Origin: a virus
IMG/VR virus record: IMGVR_UViG_3300046092_000205
Coordinates: 1 to 64,000 of that record
Strand: one strand, 5' to 3'
Length of the DNA: 64,000 nt
In this document: in pieces, positions 8,984 to 18,479 of the stretch
Position numbering within the stretch: position 1 is the stretch's first letter
How the letters are laid out: every line of letters begins with the position of its first letter
Position numbers and translations under genes: made by a program
Notes under the pieces: model-generated
The model's database searches: none
Seen by the model: the letters and a program-made list of their open reading frames with translations, nothing else
What the model was told of the DNA's origin: nothing

Positions 8984-9823
8984 ATGAATTACAAAAAAAT
9001 ACATGACAAATTTGTTGAATATATAAAAACAACTAGACCAAGGCAAAGATTAATTAGCAGAAATCCACTAGATGAGAGATTGCAAAACCGCTTTATCTAC
9101 ATAGAAATTCATCATATTATTCCGCGCTCTCTTGGTGGCTTAGATGATGAAAAAAACTTAATAGAACTTCTTCCAGAGGAACATATTTTTATTCACATGC
9201 TTCGTTATAAAATTTTTAACAAAAGGGAAGATATGCTCGCTATAAGATTCATGCTTAATGGATTTGATAGCTCTAATCGTACCAAGGGAGCATTTAAACT
9301 CGTATTGAATAAAAAAATAAGAATGGGATACGCATGGATTAGAACTCATGCCCAACTTTTTCGTGAAACAAAAGGATGGCAAACAAAAGAAGGGATAAAA
9401 AGAATTTCAGAGGCAAGAAAAGGCACAATGCCAGTTAGAGACTTAGAAAGTGGTAAGATCGTAGGTTCAGTTTCCACTGATCATCCGAATGTGCTTTCTG
9501 GCAAATGGGTACATCACTCGAAAGGCAGGAAGCAATCTCAAAAAGAAATAGAAAAAAAGAGAATAAGACAGACTGGACAAAATAATGCAAATGCATCTGG
9601 GTTAAGTGATGAATATTTTATTCAGAAAGGCGTTGAAGTTTCTGGTATTTTTGATAGAATTCTTTCGTGGGGAAATATGTTAATTCTTTCAGAAAGGGAT
9701 GGATTCAAATGGATTAAAAGCTTTAAAAGTAGATTTGGCGGAAAAGGGTTAAAAGAATACTATCGTTTAGTAGAAGAGAGAACGGGAAAAAAATTTGACA
9801 ATACAAAAAGATTTAAACTATGA
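8984..9823 (+). mobile_element. Free-standing HNH homing endonuclease (MobE-like) between intein halves
   Basis: EIHHIIPRSLGGLDDEKNL...EEHIFIH; NUMOD3-like basic segments. Confidence 0.88.
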
Positions 9824-10821
9824 TTAAAATTAAAAAATATAAACATTCAGAGCCAGTATATGACATTACAGTGGAAAAAACTAAAAACTTTTTCGCCAAT
9901 AATATCTTGGTTCACAACTGCAATGAAATAAGTTTGTCGTCCGATAAAGATTCTTCATTCGTATGTGTTCTTTCTTCCATTAATTTACTTCATTGGGATG
10001 AACTAAAAGATACTGATGCTATTGAAACAATGACGTATTTTCTCGATACCGTTACCGAAGAATATATCAAGAAAACAAATGGCGTAAAATTCATGGAAGC
10101 TGCGAATAAATTCGCTAAAGAACAACGCGCAGTTGGACTTGGTGTTCTTGGATGGCACTCTTATCTTCAAAGCAAAATGATTTCTTTTGAGAGCATGGAA
10201 GCCAAAATGCTTAATTCTCAAATTTTCTCGACCCTAAATAAAAAATCTTTAGCGGCGAGCAAAGAGATGGCTATCAAATATGGCGAACCAGAACTTCTCA
10301 AGGGCTATGGAGAGAGACAGGTGACGCGACTTGCTGTTGCCCCAACAACGAGTAGCTCATTTATCCTTGGACAAGTATCTCAAGGAATTGAACCTCAGAA
10401 TTCAAACTATTATGTAAAAAAACTGGCAAAAGGTTCCTTTACATATAAAAATCCCTATCTAAAAGACCTCCTTGAAAGTAAGGATAATGATAGTCAAGAA
10501 ATTTGGAAAACTATTCTTGAACGCGGCGGTTCTGTTCAGCATCTTGAATTCTTGTCTCAAGAAGAAAAGGATGTGTTTAAAACATTTGGAGAAATTTCTC
10601 AAAAAGAAATTGTTATTCAAGCCTCTGCTCGTCAAAAACATATCGACCAATCTCAGAGCTTAAACTTATCCCCTCATCCAGATACAACAATCAAAGAAAT
10701 GAGTCAGCTTATGATCTTTGGTTGGCAGCAAGGAGTAAAGGGTTATTATTACCATCGCAGTTCAAATCCAAGTCAAATGCTGGCTAGAAATTTACTTCAA
10801 TGCCAGAGTTGTGAAGCGTGA
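9820..10821 (+). CDS. nrdA: Split intein C-half (33 aa, 9820-9918) plus RNR alpha C-extein
   Basis: PVYDITV...NFFANNILVHN then CNEI; VCVLSSIN, APTTSSS, YY pair, C-terminal CQSCEA. Confidence 0.95.
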   Translation: MIKIKKYKHSEPVYDITVEKTKNFFANNILVHNCNEISLSSDKDSSFVCVLSSINLLHWDELKDTDAIETMTYFLDTVTEEYIKKTNGVKFMEAANKFAKEQRAVGLGVLGWHSYLQSKMISFESMEAKMLNSQIFSTLNKKSLAASKEMAIKYGEPELLKGYGERQVTRLAVAPTTSSSFILGQVSQGIEPQNSNYYVKKLAKGSFTYKNPYLKDLLESKDNDSQEIWKTILERGGSVQHLEFLSQEEKDVFKTFGEISQKEIVIQASARQKHIDQSQSLNLSPHPDTTIKEMSQLMIFGWQQGVKGYYYHRSSNPSQMLARNLLQCQSCEA

Positions 10822-10918
10822 TAATTTTCTCGGAGCGCCTCTTCTGAATGCGCAATTCTTCGGGATTCTTCAAAAAGTCCACGACAGGAACAAATAAACA
10901 AACACCCTGAAACGGCAA

Positions 10919-10964
10919 AATCCCCCTCAGATAGACGGTTGCAAACGTCCTGAGGGGGTTTTTT
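10919..10964 (+). terminator. Intrinsic terminator between convergent genes
   Basis: CCCCCTCAG...CTGAGGGGG stem followed by T-run. Confidence 0.75.
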
Positions 10965-10967
10965 ATT

Positions 10968-11645
10968 TTAACACTCTCCGCATTCTCCGTCACATCCACA
11001 ATCATCTGATTCTGGAATGTCGATCAAGAGTGGATCAAGGGCCAAAATATCTTTTTGTTCTGGAAGGTTATCCCAGTCAATTTGATCTTCATTCTCGAAA
11101 GAGAAAATAATCTCAGATCCAACTACTTTACTCACTGGTTTTTTTGACCAATTCTTGCATGACCAATAATTGGCCTTCCATTTTGGACCTGGATTATCGC
11201 AGTTATGACGGGCGCGATAATTTTTTCTACGTTCAGGGTCGTCTCTTTTAATTTCCATATTTGGGTCGCCGAATGTGACCTTGACAATATTACCTTTGTC
11301 ATTTTTTACGTAAACACCGAATTTTTTCTTTGACCCGCTTGGAAGGCGAAATGGCTTATTTAGCGCTTTACCTTCGTTTGCGGCTGCGGAAATTTCCTCC
11401 CACTCATCAATCATGTCTATAATAGAATCATTAATATCGAATGAACCAATCTGTTTTTGGATTTTCTTTCCAGATGGCTTCTTACCTTGGTAGGATACTT
11501 TTCCACCGCGTTTTTTATATTCGTTTAACACCCATAGATTCTTAACATAAGAGTTGTCGCCGCCAAATTTTTTTGTGGCGTCTTGTCTAACTTTATTCAA
11601 TAGCTCTGAGTTTTTATATTTTACCGCGCTTAAAGAAATATCCAT
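10968..11645 (-). CDS. Conserved phage hypothetical protein
   Basis: KKFGVYVK...KVTFGDP...RRKNYRARHNC...ANYWSC pattern recalled from large phages; GTGTAA upstream. Confidence 0.65.
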   Translation of the reverse strand: MDISLSAVKYKNSELLNKVRQDATKKFGGDNSYVKNLWVLNEYKKRGGKVSYQGKKPSGKKIQKQIGSFDINDSIIDMIDEWEEISAAANEGKALNKPFRLPSGSKKKFGVYVKNDKGNIVKVTFGDPNMEIKRDDPERRKNYRARHNCDNPGPKWKANYWSCKNWSKKPVSKVVGSEIIFSFENEDQIDWDNLPEQKDILALDPLLIDIPESDDCGCDGECGEC

Positions 11646-11663
11646 ATATTATATTTACACTGA

Positions 11664-11691
11664 TAGATAATGTGCATTCTTTCGTTACTAT
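11664..11691 (+). promoter_or_regulatory. Putative promoter TAGATA-N16-TACTAT
   Basis: 6 nt upstream of ATG 11698. Confidence 0.45.
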
Positions 11692-11697
11692 AAGAGA

Positions 11698-12423
11698 ATG
11701 ATAAGGGTTTTATTTAGAACATGTGATAATGTCTCCGCTGTGAACGGCGGTGATTCTTGCCGTCCTCTACTCCTTAAGAAAGAAGAAATTTTAAGAGTCG
11801 CCGCAAATTCTTTATCTCAATGTTTGAAAAATGCGGATCATGAAGTTTATCTAATTGGAGATGGCCTTAGGGATGAAACCGTCTCCTTTTTAACGGGCGT
11901 TTTTGAAACAGAAAACGTATTTAACTCTCAAACTAGGCTTGGAAGTGGTGGTAGTTTATTGGCTGCATCCAATATGGTTTCGGACTTTAATGAAGACGAT
12001 ATAGTATTTTTTGCCGAAGACGATTATTTGTTTATTCCAGAGGTATTTTCCACAAGACTTCTTGATTTTATAAAATTCGCTAATAGCGAAATAAAAACGC
12101 CATGGTTTATTCATCCAACGGATTACCCAGATCAATATACTAGATCATTCAATAGAAGCTATATTATTCAAACCAATTCTGGCTATTGGAGAGAGGTATC
12201 TAGCACGACAGGAACCTTCTTATGCCGCGCAAAAGATTATATGCTATTCAAAGATTATTTTGATGAATGCTATAACTCCCAAGATAAAGATGGGAACCTA
12301 TCTAAAATTTTTGGCAAAAATGCTTTGTGTTTTTCTCCAATTCCATCTATTGGAACGCATCTCCATATCGGAACAATGCCAAATTATATAGATTGGGAAA
12401 CTCAAATTAAAAAATTTAAATGA
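11698..12423 (+). CDS. Glycosyltransferase, GT-A fold
   Basis: LIGDG, FFAEDDYLF, SPIPSIGTH. Confidence 0.65.
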   Translation: MIRVLFRTCDNVSAVNGGDSCRPLLLKKEEILRVAANSLSQCLKNADHEVYLIGDGLRDETVSFLTGVFETENVFNSQTRLGSGGSLLAASNMVSDFNEDDIVFFAEDDYLFIPEVFSTRLLDFIKFANSEIKTPWFIHPTDYPDQYTRSFNRSYIIQTNSGYWREVSSTTGTFLCRAKDYMLFKDYFDECYNSQDKDGNLSKIFGKNALCFSPIPSIGTHLHIGTMPNYIDWETQIKKFK

Positions 12424-13772
12424 AAAAGCAAAAAATAATTATTACTGGTGGATTAGGTTATATTGGTTCAGAGCTTTGCAAAATTTACTCTGGCGTATCG
12501 AGATTCCATAATATCACTGTTTTAGACAATAGATTTGTCTCTGAGAGAGTATCTCAATTAAGAAATTGGGGAATCAATTTTATTCAGTGCGATATTCTTG
12601 ATAAAGAAAACCTTTTGAAAATTATCTATGATGCTGACGTAATTATTCATCTCGCTGGGGTAACAGATGTTGCTTATACGAAGTTCGGTGAGAACGATGA
12701 AAATAATAAAAAAATCAACGAAGCTGGGATCGACGGAACATCAAATATTTTAAATCTTAGCCCAAAAGACTGCAAGATTATTTTTCCATCAACTCATGTT
12801 GTTTTTGAGGGTTGCACTGAGACAAAAAGGGGTATTGCAGAGGACTTTGCTCCATGCGCTGAACTAACATACTCGAAAGCAAAAGTTCAATCTGAAATTG
12901 ATATTGCAGCATCTGGAAAACCTTATGTCATCTTGCGCCTTGGCTCCGTCTACGGATACTCTGGAGACGCTATGAGAATTGGGATTATGCCAAACTTGTT
13001 CTCGAAAATCGCATCTCAGGGTGGTAAAATTAAATTATTCTCTGGTGGCGTTCAATTGAAAAGTCTAGTTTCAATTATTGATGTGGCAAGATGCTTTAAA
13101 TTCATGGCGGATTCCGATATTAAAAATGAAATCTTCCATGTGTCAAAAGAAGAGGTGACTGTAAAAGGCGTTGCCATGCTATGCAAAAAATTTGCTCCAT
13201 CACTAGTCCTAGAGGAAACAGATGATGAAATTCCTAATCTTGGTTATACGATCTCTAATGAGAAGCTTTTGAAAACAGGATTCTCTTTTATTTTTAATCT
13301 AGAAGAGAGCATTAAAGAAATGATTGAAAAATGGTCAAAACAACCAATCAATGAAGAGCTTGAATATCTTCAAAATGGTCAAAAAGAGTTTGTTGACATT
13401 AGAGGTAAAATTTCAAATTACGAACTATCAGAGCCAATTAATCTTATTGGTTTGATTCATTCAAAAACAGGATCAGTTAGGGCGAATCATTTTCATCCGA
13501 TTCAAGAGCAGAAATGCTTATTGGTTTCTGGCTCATATATCAGCGTTACAAAAGATCTTTTGATTGAAGACGCTTCAGTCGAAACTCGCTTAGTAAAAGC
13601 TGGTGATTTAGCCGTTATCAAACCTAATGTCGCTCACGCAATGGTCTTCCTAGAGGATTCTACTTTCTTAAACCTTGTGAGGGGAGAGAGGGAGCATGAA
13701 AATTATGGAATCACCCATACTGTCCCATATATTTTAGTTAACGAAGAACTTAGAAAACAAATTTTATCATGA
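12420..13772 (+). CDS. NAD-dependent epimerase/dehydratase fused to a cupin
   Basis: TGGLGYIG, HLAG, YSKAK; C-terminal RANHFHP...PNVAHAM cupin. Confidence 0.85.
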   Translation: MKKQKIIITGGLGYIGSELCKIYSGVSRFHNITVLDNRFVSERVSQLRNWGINFIQCDILDKENLLKIIYDADVIIHLAGVTDVAYTKFGENDENNKKINEAGIDGTSNILNLSPKDCKIIFPSTHVVFEGCTETKRGIAEDFAPCAELTYSKAKVQSEIDIAASGKPYVILRLGSVYGYSGDAMRIGIMPNLFSKIASQGGKIKLFSGGVQLKSLVSIIDVARCFKFMADSDIKNEIFHVSKEEVTVKGVAMLCKKFAPSLVLEETDDEIPNLGYTISNEKLLKTGFSFIFNLEESIKEMIEKWSKQPINEELEYLQNGQKEFVDIRGKISNYELSEPINLIGLIHSKTGSVRANHFHPIQEQKCLLVSGSYISVTKDLLIEDASVETRLVKAGDLAVIKPNVAHAMVFLEDSTFLNLVRGEREHENYGITHTVPYILVNEELRKQILS

Positions 13773-14980
13773 ATAAAAAAGAATGCAGATCGTGTAGTGG
13801 AATTGATTTAAAGGATGTGCTTTCTTTAGGAGATAGTCCTCTTGCTAATAATCTCACAAGGTATGGGGAAGTTGCTCAGAAATTTCCGCTTGAGATTAAA
13901 TGGTGTGCCGACTGTTTCAATGTGCAGTTGTCCTATGTCGTTCCACCAGAAGAAATGTTCAAAAACTATCTTTATGTTTCTTCGACATCTAAATCATTTA
14001 GAGAGCATTTTAGTTGTGCCGCCAAAAAGTATGTTGAAATGTTTTCTCTTGATGAAAACTCCCTTGTCGTAGACTTGGGAAGCAACGATGGTGTTTTTTT
14101 AAAACCAATGCAAGAACTTGGTATTAGAGTTTGTGGAGTTGAACCAGCAGAAAATATTGCACAAATCGCGCTATCTAATGGTGTTCCTACGATTAATAAG
14201 TTCTTTGACGAAACCGTGGTTGAAGAAATCACCGCTAACTTTGGCAAAGCTAATATAGTAACCGCATCAAATGTTTTTGCTCACGCAGATGATTTAGATG
14301 GAATTGCAAAAAATGTTTTGAAAATACTAAAAGAAGATGGAACTTTTATTATTGAGGTTCAATATCTTATTGATACAATCAAGGATTTGACTTTCGATAA
14401 TATTTATCATGAACATGTTAATTATTGGACCGTAACATCATTGGAGACATTCTTTTCTAAACGAGGGTTGAATATTAATAGAGTTGAATATATAGATACT
14501 CATGGAGGATCAATTAGAGTTTACAGTAGCCGCTCCCCAGCTAAGGAATATTCTGTTGATTCCTTTCTCCTCGACGAAGAAAATTTTGGCGTTAAAAATT
14601 ACAGGACATATTTATCTTTCGCAGATAAAGTAAATGAAATTAAGGAAGCGACAAAGCTCAATGCTGCAAACTTAAAGACGCAGTATAAAAAAATCTACGG
14701 ATATGGCTCTCCTGCAAAAGCCACAACGGCGTTAAATTTCTACGAATTAGACCCCTGCTTTTTATTAGCCACGATTGAGGATAACGCCCTGAAACACGGG
14801 AAACTTATCCCATGTGTTAATATTCCAATTATTTCAAAAGAAGATGCAATTAAAGATTATCCAGACCTGATTGTGGTATTAGCGTGGAATTTCTTTGATG
14901 AAATCGTTAAGAATAACAAGAATTTATTTCCAAACACTAAATTTATCTCTATTAAAGATTTGGAGTTATTAAATTTTTAA
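13769..14980 (+). CDS. NDP-hexose C-methyltransferase
   Basis: CRSC/CADC Zn site, DLGSNDG, FDNIYHEH, THGGSIR, YGSPAKA, LAWNF. Confidence 0.9.
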   Translation: MNKKECRSCSGIDLKDVLSLGDSPLANNLTRYGEVAQKFPLEIKWCADCFNVQLSYVVPPEEMFKNYLYVSSTSKSFREHFSCAAKKYVEMFSLDENSLVVDLGSNDGVFLKPMQELGIRVCGVEPAENIAQIALSNGVPTINKFFDETVVEEITANFGKANIVTASNVFAHADDLDGIAKNVLKILKEDGTFIIEVQYLIDTIKDLTFDNIYHEHVNYWTVTSLETFFSKRGLNINRVEYIDTHGGSIRVYSSRSPAKEYSVDSFLLDEENFGVKNYRTYLSFADKVNEIKEATKLNAANLKTQYKKIYGYGSPAKATTALNFYELDPCFLLATIEDNALKHGKLIPCVNIPIISKEDAIKDYPDLIVVLAWNFFDEIVKNNKNLFPNTKFISIKDLELLNF

Positions 14981-15014
14981 CACTACGATTGCATACTCCA
15001 TAAACTAAAATAAT

Positions 15015-15722
15015 ATGATTGAAGAATTACTGAATGAAATAAAGCCATACTCTTTACCTTTTAAAATGGTAAGAGTCGGTAATCCTTTAAGAGACGGAGG
15101 CTATGGGTTATATGAAAAATTTACAATAGAGTCTGATGCTGTTTATTCTTTTGGGGTTGGACAACTTCCAGAGCAAGTCGAGTTTGATAGGCAGATGGCT
15201 TCGTTAGGTAAAAAAGTTTATATGTATGATTATAGCGTAGATGGACCTCCTATTGATCATGAAAATTTTATCTTCCATAAAGAATTTGTATCGTCTGAAA
15301 ATGCTTATGAATTTTTAAAAATTAACGGAGATTTAGATAAGAATAATCTTTTGGGGCAATTTGATATTGAAGGTGCTGAATACGAAATGATTTTAAATGT
15401 GGAAGATGATTTTTTTAATCATTTCTCTCAGTTGTGTTTTGAGTTTCACGAACTTTCAAATCCAACAATTGAAAAAATTGAAGCATTCAGAAAATTGAAT
15501 GATAAATATTACCTATACCATATCCATGCAAATAATCATACAGATATTTTTGACGAAAGCGGCCAAATGCCTTATGCATTAGAAATTTCTTTTTTAAGAA
15601 AAGACTTGGTTAAAAATATCAATCCTTATCTTGATAAGAATCCAAGACCTATTCTTGGCATTGATAGATCCTGCTGTTTGGAGAGGCCAGAATTTTATTT
15701 AAATTGGTGGTGCAAAGATTAA
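15015..15722 (+). CDS. FkbM/Methyltransf_22-like methyltransferase
   Basis: RVG..RDGGY, YSFGVG, DIEGAEY, QLCFEFH, HIHANN. Confidence 0.75.
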   Translation: MIEELLNEIKPYSLPFKMVRVGNPLRDGGYGLYEKFTIESDAVYSFGVGQLPEQVEFDRQMASLGKKVYMYDYSVDGPPIDHENFIFHKEFVSSENAYEFLKINGDLDKNNLLGQFDIEGAEYEMILNVEDDFFNHFSQLCFEFHELSNPTIEKIEAFRKLNDKYYLYHIHANNHTDIFDESGQMPYALEISFLRKDLVKNINPYLDKNPRPILGIDRSCCLERPEFYLNWWCKD

Positions 15723-15724
15723 TT

Positions 15725-16879
15725 ATGGAACACATATATAAAAACATTGAAGGTTGGTTTGATTTTTTAAATCTATACTCATTTATAGTCAATCAAGCTG
15801 ATGGAGAATCTAAATTTGTTGAGGTCGGCAGTTGGCTTGGCAAAAGCTCTTCTTACATGGCTGTCGAGATTGCCAATTCAAAAAAGAATATTTCTTTTTA
15901 TTGCGTCGATACTTGGCAGGGCAGCGTAGAGCACTCTTCTAATGATTTGATTATTAAAAATGAACTATATGACTCTTTTTTAAAAAACATCTCGCCCGTA
16001 AAAGATTACATTACTCCGATTAGGTCATTGTCGAAAGAAGCTTCTGAGAAATTTGAAGACGAATCTTTGGACTTTGTTTTTATTGATGCTGGACATTCAT
16101 ATGAAGATGTATATGAAGATTTAAGATGCTGGTTTCCGAAGTTGAAAAAAGGAGGATACTTTGCTGGGCATGATTATAGCTATGCTTGGCCAGGAGTAAT
16201 GAAAGCAGTAGTTGAATGGTCAGTCGAGAATAACTACATTATTTCAATGGTAGAGGAAAGCTGCTGGTTAATGAAAAAACCAATAGAATCTAACAAAGTA
16301 ACTGTTGCTTCTTCTCATTATAAAGAAGACTTAAATTGGGTTAATTTTATTAAATATCCTGTTCGAATTTATTCTAAAACTTTGGAAAATAAAAACTTTA
16401 TCAATTTTAATAAAGTTCAAGAAGTCCCAGCCTATTTAAAATATATTATTGAAAATTATCAGGCATTGCCAGAATACAGTATTTTTATTCATGGTCACTT
16501 AATGGCAGAACATCAAAGCGATAATATCGTCAACATTATCAATAATCTTGATTTCAATCAAGATATTATTAATTTGAATCGCAAAGATTGGGTTCAAACA
16601 ATTTCTAAAGGCGACGAATTTGAAGATAGAAAGTTTTCGTGGATTGAAGAGAATTGGAATGATTTAATTGGAGAATATTTACCAATGCCAAATTCATTAA
16701 CTTTCCCGTCTTGCGCTCAATTCGCGATACACAAATCAAAAATTACTCAATACCCAATTGAATTTTGGAAAAGTTTATTTAAATGGTGCGAAGAAACAAA
16801 ATTAGAAAATTATATTTCCAGTAGAATTTTCGAATATATTTGGTATTATATTTTTTCAAAACAAAACATTTTTCAATGA
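15725..16879 (+). CDS. Class I methyltransferase (Methyltransf_24) fused to DUF3431-like domain
   Basis: VEVGSWLGKSS, FIDAGHSYE, AGHDY; then YKEDLNW, EVPAYLKYIIENY, FIHGH. Confidence 0.8.
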   Translation: MEHIYKNIEGWFDFLNLYSFIVNQADGESKFVEVGSWLGKSSSYMAVEIANSKKNISFYCVDTWQGSVEHSSNDLIIKNELYDSFLKNISPVKDYITPIRSLSKEASEKFEDESLDFVFIDAGHSYEDVYEDLRCWFPKLKKGGYFAGHDYSYAWPGVMKAVVEWSVENNYIISMVEESCWLMKKPIESNKVTVASSHYKEDLNWVNFIKYPVRIYSKTLENKNFINFNKVQEVPAYLKYIIENYQALPEYSIFIHGHLMAEHQSDNIVNIINNLDFNQDIINLNRKDWVQTISKGDEFEDRKFSWIEENWNDLIGEYLPMPNSLTFPSCAQFAIHKSKITQYPIEFWKSLFKWCEETKLENYISSRIFEYIWYYIFSKQNIFQ

Positions 16880-17928
16880 AAACAGTTATCATTACAGGAG
16901 TAACAGGTCAAGATGGTTCGCTAATGGCGGACTATCTATTGCAAAATACAGATTTTTTTGTATATGGAGCGCATAGGCGTTTAAGCGTTCCTAATCATGG
17001 CAACATCGAGCATCTTAAAAATAACTCAAGATTTTCTACAATAGACTTGGATATTACTGATACTGAAAACATCAATCAGGTCATTCGCGAAATTAAACCA
17101 GATTATTTTATTAACTTTGCCGCCAATTCCTTTGTTGGTAATAGTTGGAAAATGCCAGTAAACCACATGCAAACAAATTGCATGGGAGTTCTTTTCTGTT
17201 TAGAGGCTATCCGTAACTACTCGCCAGAAACTAGATTTTATAATGCTGGTAGTAGCGAGCAATTTGGAGACGTAATTTATTCTCCTCAAGATATTAATCA
17301 TCCGTTTCGTCCAAGATCACCATATGGAGCGGCTAAATGCGCTGCGCATCACCTTGTAAAAGTCTATCGCGACTCTTATAACATTTACGCTGTTCAAGGT
17401 ATCTTGTTTAATCATGAGGGCGTCCGTCGCGGCGAAGAGTTTGTAACTCGAAAAATTACAAAAGGAGTTGCCAGAATCAATTCAAGTATTTGCGACGAAA
17501 AACCTTTTGAGCCAATTAAACTTGGTAACCTCTCCGCCACTAGGGACTGGTCTGATTCAGAGGACTTCGTTGAAGCTGTGTGGTTAATGCTAAATAAAGA
17601 AGAACCTAAAGATTACCTACTTTCTTCCAATGAGACTCACACTATTAGAGAGTTTGTAGAAAAGGCATTTTTAGCTGCTGGTATCGAAGGCGCTTGGATT
17701 GGAGAAGGCTTGAATGAGAAGTTTATTGTGCCAAATTGGGTGCATGATATTTCTGGAGTTAAATCAAGTGTACTTGTTGAAATTGATCCAGTTTTTTTTC
17801 GACCTTGCGAAGTCCAAAGTTTATTTGGAAATTCAGACACGGCAAGAAAAGAGCTTAATTGGAACCCAAAAGTGTCATTTGATCAGCTTGTTAAAAAAAT
17901 GGTTATGTGGGATATAAATAACTCTTGA
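16876..17928 (+). CDS. gmd: GDP-mannose 4,6-dehydratase
   Basis: ITGVTGQDG, PRSPYGAAK, GILFNHE, FVTRKIT, RDW. Confidence 0.95.
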   Translation: MKTVIITGVTGQDGSLMADYLLQNTDFFVYGAHRRLSVPNHGNIEHLKNNSRFSTIDLDITDTENINQVIREIKPDYFINFAANSFVGNSWKMPVNHMQTNCMGVLFCLEAIRNYSPETRFYNAGSSEQFGDVIYSPQDINHPFRPRSPYGAAKCAAHHLVKVYRDSYNIYAVQGILFNHEGVRRGEEFVTRKITKGVARINSSICDEKPFEPIKLGNLSATRDWSDSEDFVEAVWLMLNKEEPKDYLLSSNETHTIREFVEKAFLAAGIEGAWIGEGLNEKFIVPNWVHDISGVKSSVLVEIDPVFFRPCEVQSLFGNSDTARKELNWNPKVSFDQLVKKMVMWDINNS

Positions 17929-17952
17929 CATTTCCAAGTTCTACTTTAAAGT
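17925..17952 (+). promoter_or_regulatory. Putative promoter TTGACA-N16-TAAAGT
   Basis: Same hexamers and spacing as at 30412; heads the replication block. Confidence 0.6.
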
Positions 17953-17957
17953 AGTTC

Positions 17958-18116
17958 ATGGATTTTTCACCAGTTATTCACATTTGTAGATGCATTTCCG
18001 ATTTAACGGAAATGATGTTGCCGTATTTAATTTGGCCAACAATTGTCATTTTATTACTTTGCTTGCTTTTAGCGATAAGCACATGCTTGAACAGTAAAGG
18101 AAAATTTTTAGATTAA
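17958..18116 (+). CDS. 52-aa single-pass membrane protein (not in ORF track)
   Basis: MDFSPVIHICRCISDLTEMMLPYLIWPTIVILLLCLLLAISTCLNSKGKFLD fills the gap exactly. Confidence 0.55.
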   Translation: MDFSPVIHICRCISDLTEMMLPYLIWPTIVILLLCLLLAISTCLNSKGKFLD

Positions 18117-18117
18117 T

Positions 18118-18477
18118 ATGCCGCGCTCAAAAAAAATTAAAAACCCCAAGCCTCCGCAAATTAATAAAAAAAACTTGCTGGAAAAGTTAGTTGAAAAGCC
18201 AACTCAAAACATTAGAGAATGGTCTATTCGTGAGTTTACCTTGATGAAAAGACTGGAAGATGCTTACTCATTAGAGTTCTTGAATGTTATTGATTTTGGA
18301 AAGAAGCTTCCAAGCTTAGCCGTATTGTCTAGTGAATGGGGTAAAACCGAATTGGCGCGAAGATTTCACGCCTTTAATTATCAACCGCTACCGCAAGAGC
18401 AAATAATTTTATCATCTGAAAAATTTGGAAAAGACGTTGAGGTAAAGAAGAAACAATCTCTGAGAGAAATACTATAA
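18118..18477 (+). CDS. Hypothetical basic protein
   Basis: 119-aa ORF in operon. Confidence 0.65.
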   Translation: MPRSKKIKNPKPPQINKKNLLEKLVEKPTQNIREWSIREFTLMKRLEDAYSLEFLNVIDFGKKLPSLAVLSSEWGKTELARRFHAFNYQPLPQEQIILSSEKFGKDVEVKKKQSLREIL

Positions 18478-18479
18478 TT

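Noticed and set aside
8949-9819. Group I intron explaining the nrdA or dnaE interruptions
   Set aside because: No non-coding space for a ribozyme core; intein motifs explain both junctions
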